A DNA stretch of 64,000 bases from Gammaproteobacteria bacterium (GTDB taxonomy: Bacteria; Pseudomonadota; Gammaproteobacteria; Steroidobacterales; Woeseiaceae): contig JAOTZC010000006.1 of NCBI GenBank assembly GCA_029861535.1, positions 877 through 64,876 of the forward strand, written 5' to 3'. Below are positions 26,125 through 35,551 of the stretch, piece by piece. A program made the position numbers and the translations under genes. A model generated the notes under the pieces. The model saw only the letters and a program-made list of their open reading frames with translations, was not told the origin of the DNA and did not search any database. The first letter of the stretch is position 1. Each line of letters opens with the position of its first letter.

Positions 26125-27456
26125 ATGAAGATCTATCGATTAAAAGAAAATGCGTTATCGTCACTGTCGCTGATTGCACTGGTCGCGTATGCGCATGTCG
26201 TAGTCGCACAAGGCGCAACGGCACAGTCGGCAACGCACGACGGCATGCCCGTGGGTTTCACGGACGAGGGGCATCCCTACATCGGCAATGCCGATGCGCC
26301 GGTCACGCTCGAGGAATGGAGCGATTACCTGTGCCCGTTCTGCGGCCGGCATTTCCGGCAGACGTACCCGCAACTACTCGATCAGTATGTGCGTACCGGG
26401 CAGCTCAAGCTCGTGTTCCGGGACCTGCCGCTGGCAAGTCTGCATCCGACTGCCGCGCTGGGACATGTGGCTGCGAACTGTGTCGGCAAGCAAGGCGCCG
26501 CGGCCTACTGGGCCATGCACGATGACTTGTTCGCGCGCCAGGGCGAGTGGAACCGACTGCCAGACCCGAGCGAATTTCTGGCCGGCGTGGCCGAGGAGCT
26601 CGGCGCGGATATGGAGGCCTATGCAACCTGCGTCGCCGATGGCGCGACGGCGGCACGAGTCGCGGCTAGCGTCGAAGAGGGCCGCGGGCTCGGATACAAC
26701 GGCACGCCGAGCTTTCGCTTCAGCTCGGCCGGTAGCGACAAAACCTACCCACTGAGCGGCGCGCATCCGCTAGCGCGATTCGCGCGTTATGCTGATCCGC
26801 TAATCGCCGGCGAAGAGCCGCCCGAGGAGCCGAAACCCAAGCCGCCCGAGCTGCCGCTCTGGGCGAAAGCTGAAGGATTGGCGCCCGATCCCGAGCGGCC
26901 CGGGTTCACCGTGGCCGGCGACGCCTACAAAGGCAACCCCGAGGCGCAGCTCGTGGTCGTGGAATTTAACGACTTCCAATGCCCGGCCTGTCAAAAGCAC
27001 GCACTCGAAGCGCAGCCGATTATCGACAAGGAACTGGTCGACACGGGCAAGCTGCTGTGGGTTGATAAACAAATGCCGCTCAGGGTGCACGAGCATGCGA
27101 TCGTTGCGGCTGTTGCCGCTGAATGTGCCGGCGACCAGCAGCAATATTGGCAGATGCACGGTTTGCTGCACGCCGAGTCTGAGCGCTGGGTAAACGACGA
27201 CGCCGAGAACGCGTTGCTTTCGCTCGCTGAAGAACTCGGACTCAATATGCAAGAGTTTCGCAGTTGTTTCGACAGCCGCAACGGCCTCGAGCGTGTAGTC
27301 AACGATCTTTACGATGCGCAAGGCCTGATAACTCGAGCGCCGACCTTCGTCATTCTGCAAGACGGCCGCGGCGCTATGACCGGACCACTCCCCGGCGATC
27401 AATTCGTGACGCTTCTATCAGAGCGGCTTGAGTCCATCGAAAATTCCAGCGATTAA
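26125..27456 (+). CDS. tandem DsbA-like thiol:disulfide oxidoreductase (two thioredoxin-fold domains)
   Basis: 443 aa with a signal peptide and two CxxC active sites (WSDYLCPFCGRH and FNDFQCPACQKH), each in a DsbA-family context. Confidence 0.85.
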   Translation: MKIYRLKENALSSLSLIALVAYAHVVVAQGATAQSATHDGMPVGFTDEGHPYIGNADAPVTLEEWSDYLCPFCGRHFRQTYPQLLDQYVRTGQLKLVFRDLPLASLHPTAALGHVAANCVGKQGAAAYWAMHDDLFARQGEWNRLPDPSEFLAGVAEELGADMEAYATCVADGATAARVAASVEEGRGLGYNGTPSFRFSSAGSDKTYPLSGAHPLARFARYADPLIAGEEPPEEPKPKPPELPLWAKAEGLAPDPERPGFTVAGDAYKGNPEAQLVVVEFNDFQCPACQKHALEAQPIIDKELVDTGKLLWVDKQMPLRVHEHAIVAAVAAECAGDQQQYWQMHGLLHAESERWVNDDAENALLSLAEELGLNMQEFRSCFDSRNGLERVVNDLYDAQGLITRAPTFVILQDGRGAMTGPLPGDQFVTLLSERLESIENSSD

Positions 27457-27612
27457 GCCGAGTCAGCTCCGACTGAATCGCGAACTGTATCGCATGGTCC
27501 TCGGTTTAACGCTTCGTAATCGAACGCGTTGTTGAGTCAATCCGTAATTCTCTGTATACGCAGGCAATTCTGATCGCCCCACAACCCGGTGTGGCGCTGG
27601 TATAGTTTCACG

Positions 27613-29844
27613 ATGTTCAGAACGCGGCGTAGGAAAGTCGCGGTGTCGATTCTGGCACTGTTGCTGGTGGCAATCGGCGCCGCCTATTGGTGGCTAATCA
27701 ACGTAACGTCCGATCACTATCTCGGCGAGCCGCAGGTTGTCGGACTGCCCGCCGGCTATGATCCCAGGGCGCCAGCAAGGCCGTACTCCGGTGAGCACCC
27801 GTCACAGAAAGTACGGCCGCCGGATCCGTACCAATACCCGATTCCGATTGGTGAGCCCGGCCCAGTCGAGCCGACCTACACCGCCGACCTCGACTATCCG
27901 CATGCCTGCCGTAGTGAGGGGTCCTCCCTTGGACAACCGCTGGTCGATAACCAGGAAGGCGCGGGTATCGCTGTCTATGCCGTTAACGAGGCCGGTGAGA
28001 AAACGGATCAGATCATCGGCTACAGCAAGGACTGCAGCGTTAAGACGGCCGTTTTCTACTACTACCGGAGTGACGACAGCGGGGGTTTTCGGCCGTACAC
28101 AACAGCATCGCGCGACGTCGAGATGCTCTCCATCGACGGCCAGTCCGTACCGTTCGTGGTTCGCCTCGAAATGGGCACGATTAATCGGCACATCTACGTT
28201 ATCGCGATGTTACGGGGCCCGAACGATCACTCGAACGCGCCCGACCTGGCGTACTGGAATCGCAAGTTGATTTACCAACTTCGCGGCGGCGTCGGCATTG
28301 GTCGCCGACAGGGCCGCATACCGATGGATTACATACCCAAACGAAATCAAGAACAGCTGCGATCCGGTTACGCGATCGCGTTTTCGACTGCAAATCAAAC
28401 GTCGAATGGTTACGACATCGAGCTGGCCGAAGATACGCTGGCCCGAGTTAAACGGCAGTTCGTTGCGCGTTATGGCGAGCCACGCTACACGATCGGTATC
28501 GGCAAGTCCGGCGGCGCGTTGCAACAGTACCTGATCGACCAGAACAGACCCGGTCTATTGGACGCCGGCATCGCGATGTACTCGTACCCGGACATGGTCA
28601 CGCAGGTGACGCGCGTTATGGATTGCGAGTTGCTCGAGTATTACTTTGATGTTGTCGACGCGGATAATGACAAGTGGCAAACCTGGTCGCAGCGAAGTTG
28701 GATCGAGGGATTCAATGCGCGTGATGATCTGCCAAATGAATTCAATCAACTCAGGGCATTGCAGGCACTCAGCCGCGGGGAATGGCCGACCTGGGCCGAC
28801 GGGCACACCGAATGCAGTCGCAGCTGGCGCAATCTGACGCCACAGATCGCGAATCCGAATTACACCTACTTCGCGTCATTGTTTGCGCCGGACGTTGCAG
28901 AGCAAGTGCCGTGGACGTACTGGGACAATTTGAAGCGCGTCTATGGCACAGACACCGATGGTCTAGGGCTGCGCACCTACGACAATGTCGGCGTGCAGTA
29001 CGGACTTCAAGCGCTTAAACAGCGCCAGATCACCATCGCCGAGTTTCTGAAGCTGAACGACAACATTGGCGGGTGGAAGCCGGCCAACGAAATGACGCCG
29101 GAACGATTCTGGCGTTCGGGCGGCGCCCAATCGAGCCTGGCAGACATCTCTGTCTGGAGTAATCACAACATGACTGCCAAGCCGTCCGCGGACCGACCGG
29201 CGCCTCGCAACGAAGGCAATGCCGACGCGATAGCGGCGGCGTATCGATCCGGCCAAGTATTTTTGGGCCAGCCGTCCATGCCGATCATCGATTTTCGCCA
29301 CTACCTCGAGTCGGAGCTCGACATGCATCACAGCCTGCAGTCGTTTTCCGCGCGCTTGCGGATGTTGCGCCAGCAAGGACATGCGGACACGCAGATCATC
29401 TGGTCTGCGAATGATCCGTACACGCCCCTGGAGGACGCGTTTGACCTGTTGGATCGTTGGCTCGAAAACATACGTGCCGATGCGTCATTAAGTGCCGCCG
29501 ACGCGAAGCCTGTGGATGCGACCGATCGATGCTACACCGACACCGGACAACTCATTGCCAGCGGCGACGGTGTTTGGGATGGAATCTGGAACAAAAAGAA
29601 AGATGGCGAGTGCATGAAGACTTATCCCATATTCAGTAACCCGCGAATCGTGGCCGGCGACGATTATGCCGGCGACATCTTCAAGTGCCACTTGCAATCC
29701 GTTGATGAGGCCATCGCCCGTGGCGTTTATGCACCCATCGACGTTAGCGCACAACGCGACGAGCTACAGCGTGTGTTCCCGACAGGCGTCTGTGATTACT
29801 CGCTCGGCGACGCCGCGCGACCACCGGACGTGATGCTGAATTGA
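27613..29844 (+). CDS. membrane-anchored hypothetical protein (possible alpha/beta-hydrolase-like; GKSGG)
   Basis: Large ORF. The track starts at GTG 27589; ATG 27613 gives MFRTRRRKVAVSILALLLVAIGAAYWW, a TM anchor. It has the GxSxG-like GIGKSGGALQ motif. No family is confidently recognised. Confidence 0.7.
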   Translation: MFRTRRRKVAVSILALLLVAIGAAYWWLINVTSDHYLGEPQVVGLPAGYDPRAPARPYSGEHPSQKVRPPDPYQYPIPIGEPGPVEPTYTADLDYPHACRSEGSSLGQPLVDNQEGAGIAVYAVNEAGEKTDQIIGYSKDCSVKTAVFYYYRSDDSGGFRPYTTASRDVEMLSIDGQSVPFVVRLEMGTINRHIYVIAMLRGPNDHSNAPDLAYWNRKLIYQLRGGVGIGRRQGRIPMDYIPKRNQEQLRSGYAIAFSTANQTSNGYDIELAEDTLARVKRQFVARYGEPRYTIGIGKSGGALQQYLIDQNRPGLLDAGIAMYSYPDMVTQVTRVMDCELLEYYFDVVDADNDKWQTWSQRSWIEGFNARDDLPNEFNQLRALQALSRGEWPTWADGHTECSRSWRNLTPQIANPNYTYFASLFAPDVAEQVPWTYWDNLKRVYGTDTDGLGLRTYDNVGVQYGLQALKQRQITIAEFLKLNDNIGGWKPANEMTPERFWRSGGAQSSLADISVWSNHNMTAKPSADRPAPRNEGNADAIAAAYRSGQVFLGQPSMPIIDFRHYLESELDMHHSLQSFSARLRMLRQQGHADTQIIWSANDPYTPLEDAFDLLDRWLENIRADASLSAADAKPVDATDRCYTDTGQLIASGDGVWDGIWNKKKDGECMKTYPIFSNPRIVAGDDYAGDIFKCHLQSVDEAIARGVYAPIDVSAQRDELQRVFPTGVCDYSLGDAARPPDVMLN

Positions 29845-30512
29845 CTGCAAAAGCCGTGGCGTTGCCATACGCGACCGACGACGATGTAGTAAGCGCACAT
29901 AAACGCCGACGCATTCCATGCCACGATGTTGTTCGCCGCATGACGTGGCGCACCTACCCACTTTGCCACCTCGGCCGCGAACCCAAGCGCGGGTAGCGCG
30001 ACGCTGAACGCTACTAGCCAGCGAAACAACCTGCGCGTGTCATCGACGCGCATGGGCCGGTAAGCAATGACGAACAATACCTGAGCAGCCAAGCTGCTCA
30101 GCGCGAATCCATCGATAGCCTTGCGTCGCAAAGCTGGATATGGCTCATCGCTGAGACCTAATGTCACGGCATGCAGGACGAGTGACAAACCGACCAGTAT
30201 CGCGATCACGCGCAATGCGATAGCCCGGGACCCCGCCTGACCACCGAGCTGCAGGAACGTGGAGCAGCGAAACCAGAACAGTACGAATATCACAGCAGAC
30301 GGCAGTGCGCCTGCTTTGAATATTAGACTTTCAGGCGCGATGCGTCCGGTCGAGCTGATGCTGGTACAACCTGCAAGATACGGTATGCACGCAGACACAT
30401 GTTCTAGGCTGACCGCGACCAGGTAACAAACATTGAACGTTATGAACGGCAGAAGCGCCGCCCAAAGCGGCAAGGCGCGTAAGCCGAATTGAGACATAAG
30501 GCTGCTCGTCAA
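29796..30512 (-). CDS. hypothetical multi-pass membrane protein
   Basis: 238 aa with about 6 hydrophobic helices. Its 3' end overlaps the convergent 743-aa gene by 49 nt. Confidence 0.55.
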   Translation of the reverse strand: MTSSLMSQFGLRALPLWAALLPFITFNVCYLVAVSLEHVSACIPYLAGCTSISSTGRIAPESLIFKAGALPSAVIFVLFWFRCSTFLQLGGQAGSRAIALRVIAILVGLSLVLHAVTLGLSDEPYPALRRKAIDGFALSSLAAQVLFVIAYRPMRVDDTRRLFRWLVAFSVALPALGFAAEVAKWVGAPRHAANNIVAWNASAFMCAYYIVVGRVWQRHGFCSQFSITSGGRAASPSE

Positions 30513-30523
30513 TTACACATTAA

Positions 30524-31888
30524 CTAAGAGATAATCTTTTGGATGAAGATGGTTAGAATGGCCGCCGGACATACGTACCGAATATACGCTGGCCAAATCT
30601 TCCAAAACCATCCGTGCTCTGCGTTTTCAAAGCCATTCTTTAGCTCCTGCAAAACGCTGTTACGCTGCCATATCCAGCCGGCGAAAATACACAGCATAAG
30701 GCCCAGCATTGGTTGGCTATAGCGTGTCGCTACCGCGACTGCCAAGCCGAACAACGTACCGAAATTAAGTACGAGTATCACGCTAACTAGGGTGATGATG
30801 CCGCCTATAAGATAAGTCGCACGTTTGCGCTCCATTTGATGATTCTCTACCGCATAGGCCACCGGCACTTCCAACATAGAAATGGATGAGGTCAAAGCGG
30901 CGATCGTCATCAAGATAAAAAACGCGAAAGAAGCGATCAATCCAGCGCCACCCATAGTGTCAAACAGCGCCGGCAACACGGCAAAAATTAACGTGTCCTC
31001 GGCAATCAGATTGCCGGCGGCGTCATAGATCTGCACCCCATTCGCTTGCGCCACGTACATTGCTGGAATAATCAAAAGGCCCGCCATGACGGCGATACCG
31101 ATATCCACAAGCGTCACCGAACGCCCTAAAGAGACTAGGTTTCCTCGATCACTGACGTACGAACCATAAATCAGCATGGTGCCGACGCCTAAGGACATGG
31201 AAAAGAACGCCTGGCCCATTGCGCTGACGATGAGATTTGGATCTGTAACACGCTTGAAATCAGGCACCAAATACGCCTTGACGCCTTCGCCGGCGCCATC
31301 CAATGTCAGCACATAAACGACCAGCAGCAAAAGGATGACCAGTAGCGAAGGCATTAGCCGCGCAGACCACTTCTCGATACCGTCTTTTACGCCACCGCAA
31401 ATTATCGCCACTGTAAGAATCATGAAGAAGCCAACGAACAATAGATTGCGTGTCACGCCAAAATCAGTCAGCCAGGCAGTGGCTTTTGTCATGCCAGCCA
31501 ATTCAGTCGCAGGCGCCAGAGAATAGGCGACCATCCAACCAGCAACGATCGCATAGAAGCTAAGAATCAAACTCGCTGTCGCGATACCGGTAAAACCGGT
31601 TGCGGCCCCGATATGTCGGGTCACGTTGTTTCTCGAAATCATGCGCAACGCGTTGACGGAATTAGCCTTTGCATGACGACCGATAATGAGTTCTGCCATC
31701 AACGCCGGATAGGCCAGACAGAAGGCCATGATCAGGTAGATAAGCAGAAACGCCGCCCCACCATTGCTGGCTGCCTGTGTCGGGAACCCCCAAATATTTC
31801 CGAGACCCACCGCTGAACCTGCGGCCGCCATGATAAATCCAAATTTGGAGCTAAATTCGCCTCGTGGGGCACTCATCGATGGTCGCAC
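30524..31888 (-). CDS. sodium-dependent transporter (neurotransmitter:sodium symporter / SNF family)
   Basis: 454 aa with the motif AAGSAVGLGNIWGFP and 11-12 TM helices. Confidence 0.95.
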   Translation of the reverse strand: MRPSMSAPRGEFSSKFGFIMAAAGSAVGLGNIWGFPTQAASNGGAAFLLIYLIMAFCLAYPALMAELIIGRHAKANSVNALRMISRNNVTRHIGAATGFTGIATASLILSFYAIVAGWMVAYSLAPATELAGMTKATAWLTDFGVTRNLLFVGFFMILTVAIICGGVKDGIEKWSARLMPSLLVILLLLVVYVLTLDGAGEGVKAYLVPDFKRVTDPNLIVSAMGQAFFSMSLGVGTMLIYGSYVSDRGNLVSLGRSVTLVDIGIAVMAGLLIIPAMYVAQANGVQIYDAAGNLIAEDTLIFAVLPALFDTMGGAGLIASFAFFILMTIAALTSSISMLEVPVAYAVENHQMERKRATYLIGGIITLVSVILVLNFGTLFGLAVAVATRYSQPMLGLMLCIFAGWIWQRNSVLQELKNGFENAEHGWFWKIWPAYIRYVCPAAILTIFIQKIIS

Positions 31889-31986
31889 CTCTTGTCAATG
31901 CGGAAACCGCAGTCAATCTCATTGGCGGACACATCATAGATTCTTCTTATAATGCCGTCGAGGAAGTCTTAAACAAATCACTCTAG

Positions 31987-32793
31987 CTATTCCTCAGTCG
32001 GGTCATTTTCCGGGCACTTTTCCATAAGCGTGCTGACCAGATAAGTGTCTGTGCGATATTGCGGTACGTACGGATAATTATTGGGTGGGTCGGGTACAAG
32101 CCAGAAGCGCCCGCCACTGGCATCGGGACCGGGCGGATAAACATCGCCGCTTTCAATGTGATGCCATTCAACATCGACCAGTAGCGCCTCCACGGCGGCG
32201 CCATCATGATGCAAAGTTTCGCGATCTGCGATCGTCGCAATCGTTCGATATGTGCCGTCGAAAGCAATCATCGAACTGGCAAACTCGACCGGGTAACGGG
32301 CGGCATCGACCGTCACCAGCGGAAGACCGAGAGCTCCACCATGCCACATCGTGGAATTGATGCTGCCACCAATTTCGGTCACCTGATCGCTCTGTCGGGT
32401 CTCTCCGCTATAGCCCTCCTCACTTAGGGCGCGAGTAATCATCCGCAAAACCTCGCCGTCGGGTCCTGTCGCCTGCTGCTCCATGCGAAGCGGTGCCAAG
32501 GAACTGCGATCCAAATAGGTGGTTGAACGACTCTCTATGCCGTTGGCTTGCGTTGCCCGCTGCGTGAGACGCAAGACCTTGCCTATCGATACCAGCGATT
32601 CGGTCATCGGACCTGCGCTGACCCAGCCGTCCTCTTGCTTCAAACACTGCAACCAGGTGAATTGGTAATCATTGAGGCTTTCGCCCTGAACAGTGCCATC
32701 GCCCATTCGCATCGGCGCCGCTTCCGTCGCCAACGCGCTGGACATCAACAACAAACCGAGCAGAATACCGCCGAGAGTCATTTCTCTGTTCAT
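31987..32793 (-). CDS. secreted hypothetical protein
   Basis: 268 aa with signal peptide MTLGGILLGLLLMSSALATEA. No family recognised. Confidence 0.65.
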   Translation of the reverse strand: MNREMTLGGILLGLLLMSSALATEAAPMRMGDGTVQGESLNDYQFTWLQCLKQEDGWVSAGPMTESLVSIGKVLRLTQRATQANGIESRSTTYLDRSSLAPLRMEQQATGPDGEVLRMITRALSEEGYSGETRQSDQVTEIGGSINSTMWHGGALGLPLVTVDAARYPVEFASSMIAFDGTYRTIATIADRETLHHDGAAVEALLVDVEWHHIESGDVYPPGPDASGGRFWLVPDPPNNYPYVPQYRTDTYLVSTLMEKCPENDPTEE

Positions 32794-32892
32794 TACGCAA
32801 CACCCCCCTGAATCGCATGCAAATGTCGACAGATAAAGGTATCAGACCGCTGCGCGGGTCCAATCGTTCTGTCTTTTTTTGGAATTGACACA

Positions 32893-32917
32893 CCAAAAAC
32901 CCCGCCGATGCGGGGTT
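32893..32917 (-). terminator. rho-independent terminator (minus strand)
   Basis: The minus-strand RNA reads AACCCCGC-AUCG-GCGGGGUU followed by UUUGGUG, 44 nt downstream of the stop of the 155-aa gene. Confidence 0.7.
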
Positions 32918-32960
32918 CGGTGTATATGTTACTGACTAACCGTCAATCATTTTCGTCGTA

Positions 32961-33428
32961 CTAGTTGTCAACCGTAATTCTGTCAAAATCAACCGTGCCG
33001 GAAAACCTAAAGACCTCACCAATCGCCGGATTCACAAATACCGTCTCGAAAGGACCGGAGGCAGTAGCACCATCATTACTCACGGTAATTGTACCGCTGA
33101 CCGTCAGCTCTGTGCCCGGCGGAAAGTCTGGATTATCCGGAGGAACAAGCCCTAAGAATTTGATGGCAAACCTGCCACCGCTAACTCGTTTCCAAGCGCC
33201 GTGTCCCGATCCAAAAACTGGGTCCGAGTTGATCACGGCACCATCTCGAGTAATAGTGCCGAGATTGGTAAATTCTGGAAATGCATCAGAGCTTATTGTG
33301 ATGACCCAGGATCCAACAAGGGTTCTTCCGTGCCTGTCACTAGCAACAGCATCCTTGGAAATTATGGCTGCAACAGAAAAAATCAAAATTCCTGAAACTG
33401 CGATTAGTGGAAGCAGTCGTTTAAACAT
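32961..33428 (-). CDS. small secreted protein, unknown family (paralog of 60383-60922)
   Basis: 155 aa with a signal peptide and beta-rich sequence. Motifs shared with the 179-aa protein at 60383: GSW/GSY, T.DG.VI..D..FG, GAWK and (V/T)F/DFxRI at the C-terminus. Confidence 0.7.
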   Translation of the reverse strand: MFKRLLPLIAVSGILIFSVAAIISKDAVASDRHGRTLVGSWVITISSDAFPEFTNLGTITRDGAVINSDPVFGSGHGAWKRVSGGRFAIKFLGLVPPDNPDFPPGTELTVSGTITVSNDGATASGPFETVFVNPAIGEVFRFSGTVDFDRITVDN

Positions 33429-33743
33429 AATTATTCTCCTTTTTTATCCCTAGGCGGGTTCGTTTTGTTATTGGTACTCGTCAAATATAGTTCAGAATTT
33501 GCGTTCTTGCGAATCGTCGTCGACAAACCGCCAAATCAGTCTAGGTTGTTCTGCATAGGCTTATCAGCGACACACCCGGGGGGATCCTCCAAACGGATGC
33601 GGCAACATGCGTAGAGCAAGACGCCATCGGTCAGGGCATACTACCCCCTAATATAGTTGCGAAATTTCGTTGCTCGAAAAGGCAACTGGACCTCAGTTGT
33701 CGAAATACAGGTGTGTCATGTCTCATCGTAATCCTTCTTACGC

Positions 33744-34685
33744 ATGCTAGGCTTTGCAATACGCCGTCTTTTGGCAACGATTCCCGTGATGGGGATCGTC
33801 GCGATTATCGTTTTCTCGCTTCTGTACCTGACCCCAGGCGATCCCGCGGCTGTTCTTGCCGGTGAACAAGCAACGGCTGAAGACATTGAGCGACTGCGTA
33901 TAACGCTCGGTCTGGATCAACCGTACCTGGTTCGATTCGGTCAATGGATTGGTGGTGTACTGCAAGGAGACCTGGGCACGTCGATATTTTCGAGGCGGCC
34001 TGTCATGGAGCTGATCGTGCAAAGGCTCGAGCCAACCGTTGCGCTCACGTTGGCATCGCTAATCATTGCAGTGGCTATTGCCATTCCGCTCGGCGTCGTC
34101 GCCGCCTGGCGATCCGGCGGGATAATTGACCGGATGGCGATGAGCTTGGCCGTGTTGGGCTTTTCGGTACCTGTCTTCGTCTTGTCGTACCTGTTGATCG
34201 CCCTCGTGTCCGTCAAACTGCAACTCCTACCCGTGCAAGGCTATGTGCCGATCGCATACGGCATTGGACCATTCGCGCGGCACCTCATCCTGCCAGCCGT
34301 GTCACTCGGCATTATTAATGCCGCATTGATCGCCCGTATAACACGCACAACAATGTTGGAAGTCCTAAACCAGGATTACATACGAGCAGCTCGCGCCAAG
34401 GGCCTGTCGGTCCGCAGAGTTTTGATAAGGCATGCTCTTAAGAATGCTGCCGTACCCATCGTTACCGTGATCGGAATTAGTTTTGCACTATTGATTAGTG
34501 GTGTGGTCGTGACCGAGACAGTTTTTAACATACCTGGGCTCGGTCGCTTAACGGTCGACGCAATCCTGCGCAGAGACTATCCGGTCATTCAGGGCGTGAT
34601 CCTTGTTTTCTCGGCAACGTACGTCGTCGTCAATCTGCTTGTCGATCTCAGTTACGGTCTGTTTGACCCGAGGATCAAGTATTGA
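33744..34685 (+). CDS. ABC transporter permease (peptide/nickel Dpp/Opp type, B-like)
   Basis: 313 aa, 6 TM. N-terminus MLGFAIRRLLATIPVMGIV..LTPGDP and the motif DYIRAARAKGLS, both typical of DppB/OppB. Confidence 0.95.
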   Translation: MLGFAIRRLLATIPVMGIVAIIVFSLLYLTPGDPAAVLAGEQATAEDIERLRITLGLDQPYLVRFGQWIGGVLQGDLGTSIFSRRPVMELIVQRLEPTVALTLASLIIAVAIAIPLGVVAAWRSGGIIDRMAMSLAVLGFSVPVFVLSYLLIALVSVKLQLLPVQGYVPIAYGIGPFARHLILPAVSLGIINAALIARITRTTMLEVLNQDYIRAARAKGLSVRRVLIRHALKNAAVPIVTVIGISFALLISGVVVTETVFNIPGLGRLTVDAILRRDYPVIQGVILVFSATYVVVNLLVDLSYGLFDPRIKY

Positions 34686-35551
34686 GCGCCGTAGCGACAA
34701 CGATACCGATACCAGAGGTGCGCGGCGTGCTGCGACTGTGGCGACGTCATCCGAATGTCATCATCGGTGCCGCCATGTTGGCGATTGCGGTGATTGCCGC
34801 TGTTGCTGCGCCCTGGCTTGGCACCGTCGATCCGCAAATGATTGCGCCATTCAATCGCCTTGAGACACCCGGCGCGGAATTCTGGTTCGGTGGTGACTTG
34901 GTGGGCCGCGATGTTTACAGCCGCACCGTCTATGGTGCGCGCGTGTCCTTGGCGGTCGGGCTTGGTGTCGCGATTGGCGGAATCCTTTTTGGCCTGATCG
35001 TTGGTTTGCTGAGTGGCTTCGTGCGCTGGGTAGATCAGGTGCTGATGCGCGTAATGGATGGATTGATGGCGATCCCATCGATTCTGCTCGCTGTTGCGTT
35101 GATATCACTGACGGGTGCAAGCCTGCAAAACGTGATCATCGCCATTTCGATCGCCGAAGTACCGAGGGTTGCGCGGTTGGTTCGAAGCGTCGTCCTGTCG
35201 TTAAAGGAACAACCCTATGTTGAGGCGGCGATAACCTCCGGGACGCCCTTTGTGCTGATCCTGTTGCGTCATGTGTTGCCCAATACGCTCGCGCCGTTGC
35301 TTGTCCAGGGTACCTACATCTTTGCTTCCGCGGTATTGACCGAAGCCATACTCAGTTTTATCGGCGCCGGCACGCCACCTTCCACACCGAGTTGGGGCAA
35401 CATCATCGCCGAGGGCCGCACAGTGTTTTCGATTGCGCCGCACATCGTGCTCTTCCCCGGACTGGCATTGTCGTTCACCGTGCTGGGTGTCAACTTATTG
35501 GGCGACGGCCTGCGCGACATTTTCGATCCGCGCTATGTGAGTCGAACATGA
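34682..35551 (+). CDS. ABC transporter permease (Dpp/Opp type, C-like)
   Basis: 289 aa with DppC/OppC-like motifs (HLLGTD-like FWFGGDLVGRDVYSR; PYVEAA). There is a 4-nt overlap with the upstream gene. Confidence 0.95.
   Translation: MSAVATTIPIPEVRGVLRLWRRHPNVIIGAAMLAIAVIAAVAAPWLGTVDPQMIAPFNRLETPGAEFWFGGDLVGRDVYSRTVYGARVSLAVGLGVAIGGILFGLIVGLLSGFVRWVDQVLMRVMDGLMAIPSILLAVALISLTGASLQNVIIAISIAEVPRVARLVRSVVLSLKEQPYVEAAITSGTPFVLILLRHVLPNTLAPLLVQGTYIFASAVLTEAILSFIGAGTPPSTPSWGNIIAEGRTVFSIAPHIVLFPGLALSFTVLGVNLLGDGLRDIFDPRYVSRT

Noticed and set aside
35392-35547. N-terminal extensions offered by the ORF track: 35392 for the ATPase, 36513 for the second ATPase, and 39196, 43179, 48997, 54029, 56631, 59460, 60248, 60311 and 63246 for other genes.
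   Set aside because: The extensions overlap upstream genes or lack signal-peptide logic. Internal starts give canonical signal peptides or lipoboxes, SD sequences or ATGA coupling.
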